The notes beneath the pieces are model-generated. The model did no database searches. It was not told where the DNA came from and saw only the letters and a list, made by a program, of their open reading frames with translations. A stretch of DNA of 64,000 nucleotides from the human T2T-CHM13v2.0 reference genome, Homo sapiens: the NCBI RefSeq assembly GCF_009914755.1, contig NC_060940.1; one strand, 5' to 3'. Position 1 is the stretch's first letter. Each line of letters begins with the position of its first letter. Made by a program: the position numbers and the translations under genes. Of the stretch, positions 40,006 to 52,410 are shown piece by piece.

Positions 40006-41052
40006 AAAAGTGATGATACTATATTACAAAATAACATATATAATATCATCCCAAGTTTATATACATAAAAGAGAGATATGTTAAAATAAAAAAGAAGCAT
40101 TCTCTGTGGTAGAGTTACCAGTGATGTTTTAAATTTGATTTTTAAAATGGTTTTTCAAAATGATTTTTAAATTATATAGGAGGTGGAAAATTCAAAGTGC
40201 TGAGGCACAGGACCAGGTGGCCCATGATGTAGCCCAGAAGGGGCAGTGATTTGTGGCTCCAATGAGCCAATCATTGGGAAACTGGCATCTTCTTCGGGCT
40301 GGAACAGGAGAGCTTTGTTGGTGGGAGAGGAGGGCAGAGCAGAAGGAGAGAGGGCGGGGAGAGGCAAGGTCACCCTTGCTCAGCCCCTTCTTTGCTCTGC
40401 CATGACTTTACTGCCTTAACACCCTAACACTCCCAGGCCAGGCAGGCAGCAAGACACATGGAGACAGTGAGATATAAAGCAGTGAGTGCCGCAGATTCCT
40501 GAGACACAAGAGGCAGATTGTTCCCTCTCTGCATATGTTTGTATTTAAGTAGCCTCATGTTCAGACAAGCAACTTGGATTTGCTTCAGTCTTCTCAGGAT
40601 GGGTGAGAAAAACACTGGAAGTGCTCAAAATGAGGGAGAACAGAAGACACCTGTCAGAGTGGAGATGGCGTCCAAGTGAACGAAGTCTGTTATCAATGAA
40701 TTACATCCAGTGTAACCAGATGTAGAGAGATTGTCTTGTGTGAGAATGTACCAGCAGGCAAAGGGGTTTACGAGGCAGAGTCAGTGTCCCTGCACTGGCA
40801 GTTATTTTGAATGAATTGACCCAGGGTTTCCACATTCATTCATTAAACATTTGTTCATTGAACAAATATCTGGCTCTAATTCCAGTTCCACCTCAACCAG
40901 CTATGCAGCCCGGAGCATGTCGCTGAGCTTTCCTGTGACTCTGTTTCTCTACTGTGCTGACAGCCAGAGGTTTCCTGCAGAGTTGGAGACCTTGGTAGCC
41001 TCCAGGTGTGTGTCTGGCAACATGAACTGTGCATGAATCCTTGTCTTCTCAG

Positions 41053-41184
41053 ATGCTGGAGCACCCACCTACATGTATGAGTTTCAGTACCGTCCAAGCT
41101 TCTCATCAGACATGAAACCCAAGACGGTGATAGGAGACCACGGGGATGAGCTCTTCTCCGTCCTTGGGGCCCCATCTTTAAAAG
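41053..41184 (+). pseudogene. CES1P2: CES1P2 exon 12 (catalytic His retained)
   Basis: [44 protein letters not shown]; overlaps ORF 41073..41282. Confidence 0.95.
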
Positions 41185-41288
41185 GTAATGGCTCCTTGCT
41201 CTCCGTGAGCTTGGAGTTAGGAGATCTGGGTTCCTGTCTTGGTGTGGTGGCTTTCAGCAAGTTTCTTCTCTCCTGGTCTTAGTTTACT

Positions 41289-42576
41289 GATTCTCTATAA
41301 CAGGGTTGAATGTCACTGGGTTGTCCCCCAGCTTCCTCCCACTCTAACATATGTGAGGCGGGATGTGTATTCATGTGCCCTTTGCACAGCCACTCAGAAT
41401 CCTGCTCTGTGACATCAACAAGACGGGTGTGTGTGGGGGAGTCTTCTGAAGGATTCACTATACAGGGTTGAATGTCATTAGGTTGTCCCCCAGCTTCCTC
41501 CTGCTCTAATACACATGACGGGGGATGTGTATCCATGTACCCTCTGCACAGAAACTCAGAATCCTGGCCTGTGACATCAACAAGACAGGCGGGAGGGTGT
41601 CTCCTGCAGGATTCAGTATGACAGAGTTGAATGTCATCGGGTTGTCCCCCCACCTCCTCCCGCTCTAACATACCTGAGGGAGGATGTGTATTCATGTGCC
41701 CTCTGCACAGGCGTTCAGAATCCTGTTCTGTGACATCAACAAGACAAGTGTTTGGGGGGTCTCCTGCAGGATTCACTATGACAGGGTTGAATGTCATTGG
41801 GTTGTCCCCCAGCTTCCTCCTGCTCTAATACACATTAGGGAGGATGTGCATCCATGTACCCTCTGCCACAGACACTCAGAATCCTGGGCTATGTCATCAA
41901 CAAGACAGGTGGTGGGACACATGCAGGGGTGCTCTAGGTTGAGAAGCCACCAATCAATTTCCCTCTCCCAGGAGCGCTGAGAATGTGAGTGAGGGTGAGA
42001 TTAGAGTTGGTGTTAACCCTGAGTCAGGTCTAATGTGTGTCGGTTTGTCTTTCTGTCTGTCTCTAACAAAAACTCATAAACCTTTACATTTATTACATTT
42101 AATAATTGTTAGTTTAGAAATCACAGGATTATGAATTACGATTTATAGTCAGCAGGATTCACTGTGACAGGATTGAATGTCATTGGCTTGTCCCCCAGTT
42201 TCCTCCTGCTCTAACACACATGAGGGAGGATGTATATCATGTGCCCTCTGCCACCGACACTCAGAATCCTGGGCCGTGTCATCAACAAGATAGGCGGAGG
42301 GACACATGCAGGGCCCTGCTCTAGGTTGAGAAACCACCAATCAATTTCCCTCTCCCAGAAGTGCTGAGAATATGAGTGAGGGTGAGATTAGAATTGGTGT
42401 TAACCCTGAGTCAGGTCTAATGTGTGTCGGTTTGTGTTTCTGCCTTTATGTCTCTAACAAAACCTCATAAACCTTTAAATTTAATATAATTAATAATTGT
42501 TAATTTAGAAATCACAGGATGTATGAATTTGGAATGGGAGAGGAGACTTTATTTTTGATGTGGTTTATAGTCAGCA
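41289..42576. repeat. ~160-bp minisatellite (5 copies) with a superimposed ~386-bp duplication, in CES1P2 intron 12
   Basis: Unit starts (GATTC...ACAGGGTTGAATGTCA) at 41289, 41452, 41610, 41770 and 42156; the last two share a further ~230-bp tail. Confidence 0.93.
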
Positions 42577-43414
42577 AAGTTGCTATCCCTCAAGCTGGGA
42601 AGGTGCCTCTGGCCAAGCCCACAAACAGGCTCATCGAACGAGGAGGGGTTGGGTAGAAGCTTTATACGAACAGATTGGCTAAACATACATGTTCAACACG
42701 TTACAGGGGGAGCAATGGATATTCATGAAGACAGTCCTGACACATGTGTATTAAACAAACATGCATGTAACATTGCCCATGTTCACCTGGTGTTGGAGAC
42801 CTAATATTTAAATGTATTACAATTAGGGCTTATAAATCCAAGGGTCTTCTCAGGACACAAAGCCCAGCAAGTGAGCAGCCTCTGTACACCGGCCAGGTCC
42901 AGTCCATGGCTGGTGATGTTCTTATCTGGAGAAAATAACTGAAATCAGTCTCTTATGCAATCAAAGCCGTAGTTAAGGCTGGTGGGCAGGGTTCTGTTCT
43001 TCCGAGTATCCAAGCTGCAGCCATTTTAATTGTTTTCATTTTGCTTAACTCCAGGCCAGTACTGGTTTAGCTGTAGACAAAAAGAAGCACCTTGCAGCAG
43101 GGAGAACAGAGTGGATTCTTTAAGGGTAGAGATGCAGGCCTGAACCCTTGCCCGGCATGGCCTTCGATCTTTTTTTAATTTGGTGTCTTATTGCCACAAG
43201 GAGTGTGTTCTGTCAGAATGATCACCTTTATTTTATTGCTGATACTCGTCCGGTGGTGTCTAAACCACAAAAAAGGGGGAGTATGATGAGGCGTGTCTGA
43301 CCTCCTGTCTGTTTCCAGGCAGGAACTCAGTTTAGGGTTTTTCTGGGGTCCCCTTAGCCCAGAGAGGGTCTGTTCAGTGAGTTAGGGGTGTTAGGATTTT
43401 ATTTTTAGTTTACA
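42498..43414 (-). mobile_element. ERV1 (MER4/MER41-group-like) solo LTR
   Basis: TG...CA termini; end segment ggggtcccc...gttcagtgagttaggggtgttaggattttatttttagtttaca is typical of this LTR group. Confidence 0.65.
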
Positions 43415-43664
43415 TTATACAATATTTTTAAAAATCCTTTCATGATGTCTTCTAAGCCTTAACTCTCAGCTGTTACAGATCACATGGGACTCACCCCATG
43501 GCTGCTCAGGATGCACCATCGCCACTGGGCATGTCCCAATTATGCACCCTTAGGAGGCTTGAGTTCTGTTATATTTCAGAATGTGAATTGTGGGTGTGTG
43601 CAAGAGAGAGCAACCCTGGGAGGTGGGGCAAGCACATGGAATGATGCATGCCCATTGCTGAGCC

Positions 43665-43833
43665 CTAGGTCAGCCATGCTTAAAGGTAAAGTACACACAA
43701 ATCCACCAGGATCTTCTAAATGTGCAGACCTCAGCTCAGTGGGTGTGGAGCATGCGCCAAGACTATGTTTCTAGCAGGTTTGCACGTGAAGTTGACAATG
43801 CAGGTCCGCGGACCACACTTTGAGTAACAAAGG
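43665..43833. mobile_element. MER5-like hAT MITE
   Basis: tgcaggtccgcggaccacactttgagtaaca terminal motif. Confidence 0.6.
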
Positions 43834-43855
43834 CTTTTTTTCTTCTTCCCCACAG

Positions 43856-43928
43856 AGGGTGCCTCAGAAGAGGAGATCAGACTTAGCAAGATGGTGATGA
43901 AATTCTGGGCCAACTTTGCTCGCAATGG
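43856..43928 (+). pseudogene. CES1P2: CES1P2 exon 13
   Basis: [25 protein letters not shown]; AG/GT intact. Confidence 0.95.
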
Positions 43929-44224
43929 GTGAGGCTCTTGGCAAAGACACAGCACAGCTGGTGAGGGTGGGGGGCGGGGCATGCCTATTGGGAAGGGGCA
44001 GCTTCTAAGGTTCTAGCGATCAAACTTCTGACCCTGTGACCATAGCACTCTGACAATGAGAGCTCTCTACAAATGGAGAGGCCGCCCCCGGAGATAGTGA
44101 ACTCCCCGTCTCTGGAGATATACAAGCCTCTTGACGGAGATAACTTGGGCGTCCTCACACATCTCTGAAGATTGTTGGGGACACACAGCAGCTTTGGGGC
44201 AATTCTATTTGATTTTGTTTCCAG

Positions 44225-44408
44225 AAACCCCAATGGAGAAGGGCTGCCGCACTGGCCAGAGTACAACCAGGAGGAAGGGTACCTGCAGATTGGTGCTAAC
44301 ACCCAGGCAGCCCAGAAGCTGAAGGACAAGGAAGTAGCTTTCTGGACCAAACTCTTCGCCAAGAAGGCAGTGGAGAAGCCACCCCAGATAGAACACATTG
44401 CGCTGTGA
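44225..44408 (+). pseudogene. CES1P2: CES1P2 exon 14 coding part
   Basis: [60 protein letters not shown]; ORF 44172..44408. Confidence 0.95.
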
Positions 44409-44582
44409 ACGGAAGGTCCATCCAGCCTCGGGAACCTGGAGGAGCAAAGACTGGGGTCTTTTGCCAAAGGGATTGCAGGTTCAGAAGGCATCTTACCATG
44501 GCTGGGGAATTGTCTGGTGGTGGGGGGTAGGGGGCAGAGGTCATGAAGGAGCAAGTTTTTTATTTGTGACCTCAGCTTTGGC

Positions 44583-44588
44583 AATAAA
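44583..44588 (+). terminator. Polyadenylation signal of CES1P2
   Basis: AATAAA 175 nt after the stop codon, followed by TG-rich sequence. Confidence 0.7.
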
Positions 44589-45297
44589 AGATCTTTTGAA
44601 AGCCAAATCACTGCTTGTGTCTTGTATTAGAGATTAATCCATCCTCCTCAGAGACAGAACGATGATGAAAGAGGCAATGTGAGAAGGAAGCTGGCTTTGC
44701 TGGGGATGGCCTGGCCTCAGGACGAGTACAGTCCAGAGGGCTGGGTCATGGACAGTGCTCAGGGGAGCTCTGGGCCTACTGCATGTTTCTGAGCGCCCAA
44801 GAATTTCCAACAATAGGATTTAGGATTGCCAGAGTGCAGCATCCCTATCCTCCATTTGGATCTGCCTATGGAAATGGAAATGGCCCAGGTTGCCTGGATC
44901 AGGGAAGAGAGAGAGGTGCCGAGGTGATCCCGTGGCACTGTTGGATGGCCTTTATTGACTCTTGCACAGGTCTGCCACACCTTCCTCAGTATGTACACTA
45001 GCCTCCTAGACCCCTCCCTGAGGCTGTCTCTTTCAACAGCTGGTCTAAACTCCCTCTGTAACCTGGACCACTTCTGTTGCGGGCACTGACCACCTTAGAG
45101 CAAGTCTCCAGAGGGTCATCCTAATACTGTGTCTTTCAGAATCTCAGGGGTGATTTCTGGATTCTGCTAGAATGTGGAAAACTCTAAAGAGTGTCACTCC
45201 TGCCTTATCAGCAAGAGAAAAAGCTGGATTGTCCTCAAAATCATAACTTTTCCTATTGCCCAGGAGAAAGATTGGGGTAGATAGTCAGACTAGAGAG

Positions 45298-45633
<336 letters not shown>

Positions 45634-46982
45634 TCAGGCCCTGCACCTGGGTAGCTGCCCCACCTGGTGCTGCCCCAGGTAACGCATGTACAGGATGAGC
45701 CTCCCTTCCCCCAGCAGGGACAGATCCCACTCAGTCCTGCCCCGCATGCTCTCCTAAAAGTTTGTATCAAGACTGTGCCTCATTATTCCCTGCGATGAGA
45801 AGGGCTGGGGAGAAAAAAACCTACCTTACCACTTGATTGTGTCAAAATACAAGGGAATTCATTGCAAAGAGCTTGCTGTGCTCCATGAACGGGGTGGAGC
45901 TCAAGTCTGAAATTAAAGGATGGGTAGGAAGGGGGATGGCCAGCCACAACGTGGTGGAAGTGTGACCCTGAGCAGTGGGGGAAAGGGGGCCAGCCCACGG
46001 GCAGCAGGGCTGGTGTTGGCAAGGTTGCTGGAGCACACCGTGGGTGCCTGGAGGACAGCTTTTCTACCTTGACAAGTAGGAAACAGACTTCTCTCTTTAT
46101 CGGAAGATAATGCCATAAAATGTCTGTCTACCTATCTGTCTATCTATTATCTATCTACCATCTATCAATTATCTATCTATCATCTATTACCTATCTAATC
46201 TATTTATTTCATTAATTACATTTATTTATGTAATTGTATTTCAAGCTCTATTTACCTCCTGAACTTTTCATGTGAGAGACTACATTTTATTCAATATATG
46301 CTTTAGGTAAGTTTCAGTTGGATTTCTCTTAGTACATATGACAGAGTCCTGATTAAAATCATTGCTGCATTTGATCATTTATATTCTATCCTGTAACTAT
46401 AATTTATGTGATCACCAGTAATTTTATCTGTATCAATCTTGTCTCCTGTATTAGATAACAGGTTCTTAAGGTCTGGTACAAACATTTCAGTTTTTTATTG
46501 AACATAACATACATATAAGAAATATATATATATACACATACACACAAACACACACATGCTATGTATATATTATGACTTGATAACTTCACTAACTGATCAC
46601 ACTGTGTAATTAGGACCCAGATCAAGACACAATATTACCAGCATCCCAGAAGCCACATGGAGCTCAATTCCAGGCCCTGCTCACTTCCCCCTCCTTGCCT
46701 ATCTACCCAAAATGGTCACCACAGTCCTGATGTCTAGCAGCAATATTTCTTTTTCCAGGTTTTGTGCTTTATATGAACAGAATCACATACTCTTGCATCT
46801 GGTTTCTTTCCCTCAATATTATGTTTATGAGATTCACGTGTATTGTTGTATATGGCTGTAGTTTGTCATCATTGCTGTATAGTCATTCATTGTATGGATA
46901 TGTCATAATTTACTGGTGTAGGGCACTTGGAGAATGTATTAGTCTGCTCGGGCTTCTGTAACAAAATACCACAGACTGGGTG

Positions 46983-48008
46983 GCTTAATTAACTGAAATT
47001 CGCATTTGCATAGTTCTCAAGGCTAGAAGTTCCAGAACAGGACACAATGAGAAGGCAGCAGTCTGCAAACAAGGAGGAGAGCCCTCACCAGGAAATCAGT
47101 CAGCTTAATCAACTAAAATTTGCATTTGCATAGTTCTCTAGGCTATAAGATCCAGAACAGGACACAGTGAGAAGGCAGCAGTCTGCAAACAAGGAAGAGA
47201 GGCCTCACCAGGAAATGAGTCAGCTTAATCAACTGAAATTTGCATTTGCAAAAAAGGAAGAGAGCCCTCACCAGGAAATGAGTCAGCTTAATCAACTAAA
47301 ATTTGCGTTTGCATAGTTCTCTAGACTAGAAGTTCCAGACCAGGACACAGTGAGGAGGCAGCAGTCTGCAAACAAGGAAGAGAGGCCTCACCAGGAAATG
47401 AGTCAGCTTAATCAACTAAAATTTGCGTTTGCATAGTTCTCTAGGCTATAAGTTCCAGACCAGGACACAGTGAGGAGGCAGCAGTCTGCAAACAAGGAAG
47501 AGAGGCCTCACCAGGAAATGAGTCAGCTTAATCAACTGAAATTTGCATTTGCATAGTTCTCTAGGTTAGAAGTTCCAGACCAGGACACAGTGAGGAGGCA
47601 GCAGTCTGCAAACAAGGAAGAGAGCCCTCACCAGGAAATGAGTCAGCTTAATCAACTGAAATTCGCATTTGCATAGTTCTCGAGGCTAGAAGTTCCAGAC
47701 CAGGACACAGTGAGGAGGCAGCAGTCTGCAACCAAGGAAGAGAGCCCCCACCAGGAAATGAGTCAGTTTAATCAACTAAAATTTGCATTTGCATAGTTCT
47801 CTAGGCTATAAGTTCCAGAACAGGACACAGTGAGAAGGCAGCAGCCTACAAACAAGGAAGAGAACCCTCACCAGGAAATGAGTCAGCTTAATCAACTGAA
47901 ATTCGCATTTGCATAGTTCTCGAGGCTAGAAGTTCCAGACCAGGACACAGTGAGGAGGCAGCAGTCTGCAAACAAGGAAGAGAGCCCTCACCAGGAAATC
48001 AGTCAGCT
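46983..48008. repeat. 120-bp VNTR (8 full units plus one 63-bp deleted unit) derived from MLT1 LTR sequence
   Basis: Unit starts at 46983, 47103, 47223 (short), 47286, 47406, 47526, 47646, 47766 and 47886; preceded by an MLT1 end, tgtattagtctgctcgggc, at 46935. Confidence 0.95.
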
Positions 48009-49648
48009 GTTCTCATTTAATGTTCTCACTTTAGAAGATCATGCAAGGGACAAAATCTCCAGAATCTTTCCTGGGCGGGGTCACAGCTGGGGTGGGAAAG
48101 TTGTAGCCCCTCTGAAACTTCCCGCATAGCTGTCCTTCTATGGAGGCCAGGAGCGCATCGGGGAAGGTACAGTCCACAGTCCCCCTCCATCCCACCAGTC
48201 AGGCTCCAAGGGGTCTTCACATCCACAAAACACCATTTTCATAGATCAATAGCACACACACCAAGATGCGCAAATTCAAACCAGATACCCAAATGGCACT
48301 CACTTATTGAATTTGCAAGGATTTTTACCACTACTCTTTTGGTGGTAGTGCCTAGTGGCAAGAATATAGAAAACCAGGAAGTATTCAGCACTGATGTGAC
48401 AGATCAGTAGCTCCTGGGATTTGGGCAGAATTTTGTGCAGTCCAGCTTTTTGGAGAAGCTTATGTCATTTACGCTTGCTGAGTCCTGTGTAAGCCCCAAA
48501 GCCAAGCTTTCACAAGCTAGGACTTAGGCAGCTTTGAAAAGGAGAAGTTTATCTTCTACCCTCTCAAAGAGGGTGTAGGAGGTTCCCCTTGAGAGTAACC
48601 ACTGGTCCCTCCAGATGGCTTGGCTGCTTCTGCCAGGCTCTACTTTCAGAAATGCCCTTCATTGTGCAATTATCAGAATTAAAGCCTTTCAGTGTCTCCT
48701 CATTGTCCAGGGATGAAGTCTGTTCTCCTTGGCTTGGCATTGAAGCTCTCTGTCCTCCATTCCCCCTTCCATTGCAACTGGCCTCCCCAAGAAGCCCCTG
48801 AATCTGCCTTGTTCCAATGCTAATTTCTTCTCTGCCTCTCCAAATTTTGCCCATCTCTCAATACCTGGTACCATCAAGAGTCATCACAGCTTTGGGCATT
48901 AACATATATGAATATTGATAGTTCTCAGGGCAAGAAAACACACAGAACATGCATCTCTATGGAGGCCACTCTATTCACCTGGATGCTTATAATGTAATCT
49001 GTAGTTTGAGTTTCCAGGGCTCTTTCCAGATTATAATTCAATCTTCACTTTTCTGTGTCTAAATTTTTACATTGCTTTCTGAATCATCTTTTTTCCCATT
49101 TTATTCTTAACAGGCTAAAGGAAGGCTTAATAGAGTAGCCCTAATGAATAGGATCTGGGTTTATAATCGGGCTTTTGTGATTTGAATCAAAGAAATGCAA
49201 AAACTTAGTGTTTATCAGAGTGTGCTGCACTTATTCCTGGAGTTATGCAAGATCATTTTAGATGGCACACAAACTAAAAACCACTTATAGAATGGCTGTT
49301 TATTTATTTTGCTGTGTATTAGGGAAAAAACCCTTACTATCAAGTCCATGGTTTAATGGATATTACCTGTGACAAGGATTGCTGGCAGTCTGTTAAAATC
49401 TGTCCCACCTTCCTTGGTACACAGCCAGATTACATTTTCCAGCCTTCATTGCAATTAGATTGAACACGTGAATAAGTTCTCACCAATGTCCTCTGAGTGG
49501 GAGTGGAGAGTGCCACAGCCAGGCCTGGCCCATACAAATGCTCCATGGTCACACTTCTGCTCCTGCCTCTTCCAGGTGACAGGCAATTGACACCTATGGC
49601 AACTTTAGAAACCATGAGTGAAGGAAGGCAAAGCCACCATAGCCTAGA

Positions 49649-49860
49649 TCAGGACTGAGTAAACTACAGCCTGAGGGCCAAATCTGGCCTACTGTCTTTT
49701 TAAAAATAAAGTTTTATTGAAGCACAGTCATGCCCATTGGCGTAGGTATTGTTTATGGGCCGCCTTACTACCACAGCAGTCGCCACAGACAGCCCATGGC
49801 CTGCAAAGTCCAAAGTCCTTACTATCTGGCCCTTTATAGAGAAAGTTTGCTGATATCCTA
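49649..49860 (+). mobile_element. MER58A-like hAT MITE, complete
   Basis: caggactgagtaaactacagcctgagggccaaatctggcc...actatctggccctttatagagaaagtttgctga. Confidence 0.75.
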
Positions 49861-52159
49861 ATTTTGATCTCTGAATGACCATATGGACAACAGCCACCTT
49901 GTTGACCTGAACAACGTTCTAGTCCTTTACCTATGCGAAAAATAAGCCGTTGAAATTCTGGGCCTATTTGCTACCATAGTTTACCCTACTCTCACTAATA
50001 ATTCTTGCTCAGCAGTCACAGGGTGATTGACTGATGAATGTACATGGCCCGATTTCCGGTTGTTTGCGCCATTGAGGGTGACTAGTTATGCCCATGGGAG
50101 TACAGCTCTCTCCTCTAAGACCCACCACCAGGCCAAAATTTCTTCCAGATGCTCTGACCAGTTAGTCCTAGGACCTGATTGACCCCAGGTAGTCTGACCC
50201 CCTAAATATAACATAGCATCATGGGCCTGGGAAGGTGTAAACATAATACAATTTCTGCCCATTGAACTGAATGTTAACAGGAAGACATTCCCTGAAGCAG
50301 AAGAAAATGACCTTGGTGATGATGACCCTTGCCAAAGGTAGGTGACCCTTGCCAAAGGTAGTTAACCCTTGCCTTGTCACCTACCTGGTGGTCCTGATGG
50401 TGATCAGTTCTTTCATGTAACTAACTGGCCTTCAATGGTTCACTTTTCCCATTGAGTGACTTTTTTCAATTATATGCTTTTGTAAATTAGAAGTGTTTTT
50501 ACTGGCATTTCTTTATGCACGTTTTTATTTTTACCATCATTTTAATTTAAAAAATGCAGTTACACATTTTCCATGCATACCTCTAATTTATGGCAGGTTA
50601 TACAGGTCTTGCAGTTATGGAAATGGTATAAAGTCTCCTTTTTGAGTGAGCATGTTAAAGTAAAAAGAGTGCTTCATTTAAAGAAAACTGTTCATAGAAG
50701 TACAGACGATATGCTGATGAGGCAAAAAACCATGATATTAGTGTGAGAATAAGTGAGGTTCCAGAAACACTGCATATGTCCAGGCTGCAGTGGAGAATGT
50801 CGTAGAATCCTGGATTCATAGAGTGTGGAGCCACGGTGAAGGGTGCATGAGAGAGCCCCTCCCCCATAGCCACCCCCTGCCTTTCCACAAGGAATTCCCA
50901 AATGTCACCCAGTGGATTCTCAGACTTCTGTCTCCCATTTCAGTGTTCTCCACCACAAAATCTACACCTGATCGATCCCACAGTTCAGAGACAAAGCTGA
51001 GTGAGGGGCTCAGCAGGACATGGGCTTGCTGTGCCCAATGCCTGCTCTAATATTAGCTTTCCATATATCTGCTGAGTAAACTGATGGAGGTGGAGAGGTT
51101 TGGGGGAGTTCATTTGAAGCCCCCAGATATGCCCCCTCTCCCAAGTCCTACCCCCTGCTTAGAAGTTAAGGCCAGTTCCTCAGATTTTACTTTCCACGTC
51201 ATATAGTTCCACATGGGAAACCAGAGGGATTCCCCAGGGAAAAGCAATGACCCAAATCAACTGCCGCTTAAACAAGAGACGTACTGCTTACAGCTGAAGT
51301 GATGCAGGGGAGTTATATGTATTAAGCAAAAATGAGATCTACTGGAAGGCTTGGTAGGCTCCAGCTTCACCCATCACAATCTGCAGAATCATCATGAACC
51401 AGAAATGGGCAGTCCCAGGAGTGGCCAAAAAATTCTCTGTTTGCACAATTGGCTGGTGTCACAAGCAGGAGTGTGATTGCGCAGTGGTTCAGGAGAAGAA
51501 CTAATCCTTACATCTTATATTTTGTGAATACAGCACCACAAAATCTTCATAGGCGAAGAGCCAGGACTGTTTCTCAGGTTGCAAAGGTCAGCTGACTAAG
51601 GCAACAGGGCAGGATGGTTAACAGGCACGCGCATGCGTGCACATGTGTGTGCGTGTGTGTGTTGTGCTGAGTGAGTGGGACTAGCTTTGCTTTCTACTTA
51701 GGAGGACCACCCAGATTGTCCCTTGTGGATAGAGATAGGGATGCTTTTTATTAGCATGCAGTTTATCAACCAGGTTTCTGTCCTGGATAAAAGTAAGGGA
51801 GGAACCCTAAGCTCAGGTCAACTTTTGTAGAGTCGGTTAGTTCTGGGGACTGATTCTCATGCTGTCAGAGCATCCTCATTCCCATCACAGAATGCCCCTC
51901 ACCAGCCTGCACGTGGCTAGAATGAGTGCTAATGAGCATCCCTTTTTGAGTTTGGGTCTCCAGAAGCTTCATTTCAGATACAACTCACGGCCTTGGGCAA
52001 GAATCCATTAGCAGGTCTGGGACTGTCATGTGCTTTATGGCTGCTCGTTGCCCAATCTTTCCTGATGTCAATCGTGGTCTGGACTGGACAAGGGCAGGCT
52101 TGCCAAGTGACATTGGGAAAGTAGAACATGGCTCCCCAAGTACCTGGTACCTGGCTCTC

Positions 52160-52215
52160 ATCTTCCTCTCTTTTTCTTTCTTTTCTTTTCTTTCTTTCTT
52201 TTTCTTTCTTTCCCT

Positions 52216-52246
<31 letters not shown>

Positions 52247-52410
52247 TCTTAGTCTTCTTCTTCCTTCTTTCTTCTTCTTTCTTCCGTCTTTCTTTCTTTC
52301 CTCTTCTTCTTCTTTCTTCCTCCTTCTCCTCCTCTTCTTCCTCTTTTTCTTCTTCCTCTTTTTCTTCTTCTCCTTCCTCTTTTTCTTCTTCTTCCTTTCT
52401 CCTTATTCTT
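52160..52410. repeat. Polypyrimidine (CTT/TTTC)n tract adjoining a minus-strand Alu monomer (52410-52535)
   Basis: ~250 nt of almost pure C/T, then gtagagatagggtcttactatgtttcccagg. Confidence 0.9.

Larger units (their letters stand above)
19975..44600 (+). pseudogene. CES1P2: Unprocessed carboxylesterase 1 pseudogene (CES1P2)
   Basis: Recognisable exons 3, 4, part of 6, and 7-14 with intact splice sites. No promoter, exon 1 or exon 5. In-frame TGA in exon 8. Name assigned from recalled gene order SLC6A2-CES1P2-CES1P1-CES1. Confidence 0.9.

Noticed and set aside
41279-41797. 172-aa minus-strand ORF with internal repeats
   Set aside because: Translation of the ~160-bp minisatellite; no recognisable domain or gene structure.
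19975-44408. Functional carboxylesterase from copy 1
   Set aside because: No signal peptide exon, no catalytic serine exon, and a stop codon in exon 8.
43985-44611. 208-aa minus-strand ORF, the longest in the window
   Set aside because: Antisense shadow of CES exon 14 and intron 13; no ATG start and no recognisable homology.
46983-48008. CRISPR-like array
   Set aside because: Units are contiguous near-identical repeats with no unique spacers and no cas genes; the context is mammalian. It is a VNTR.
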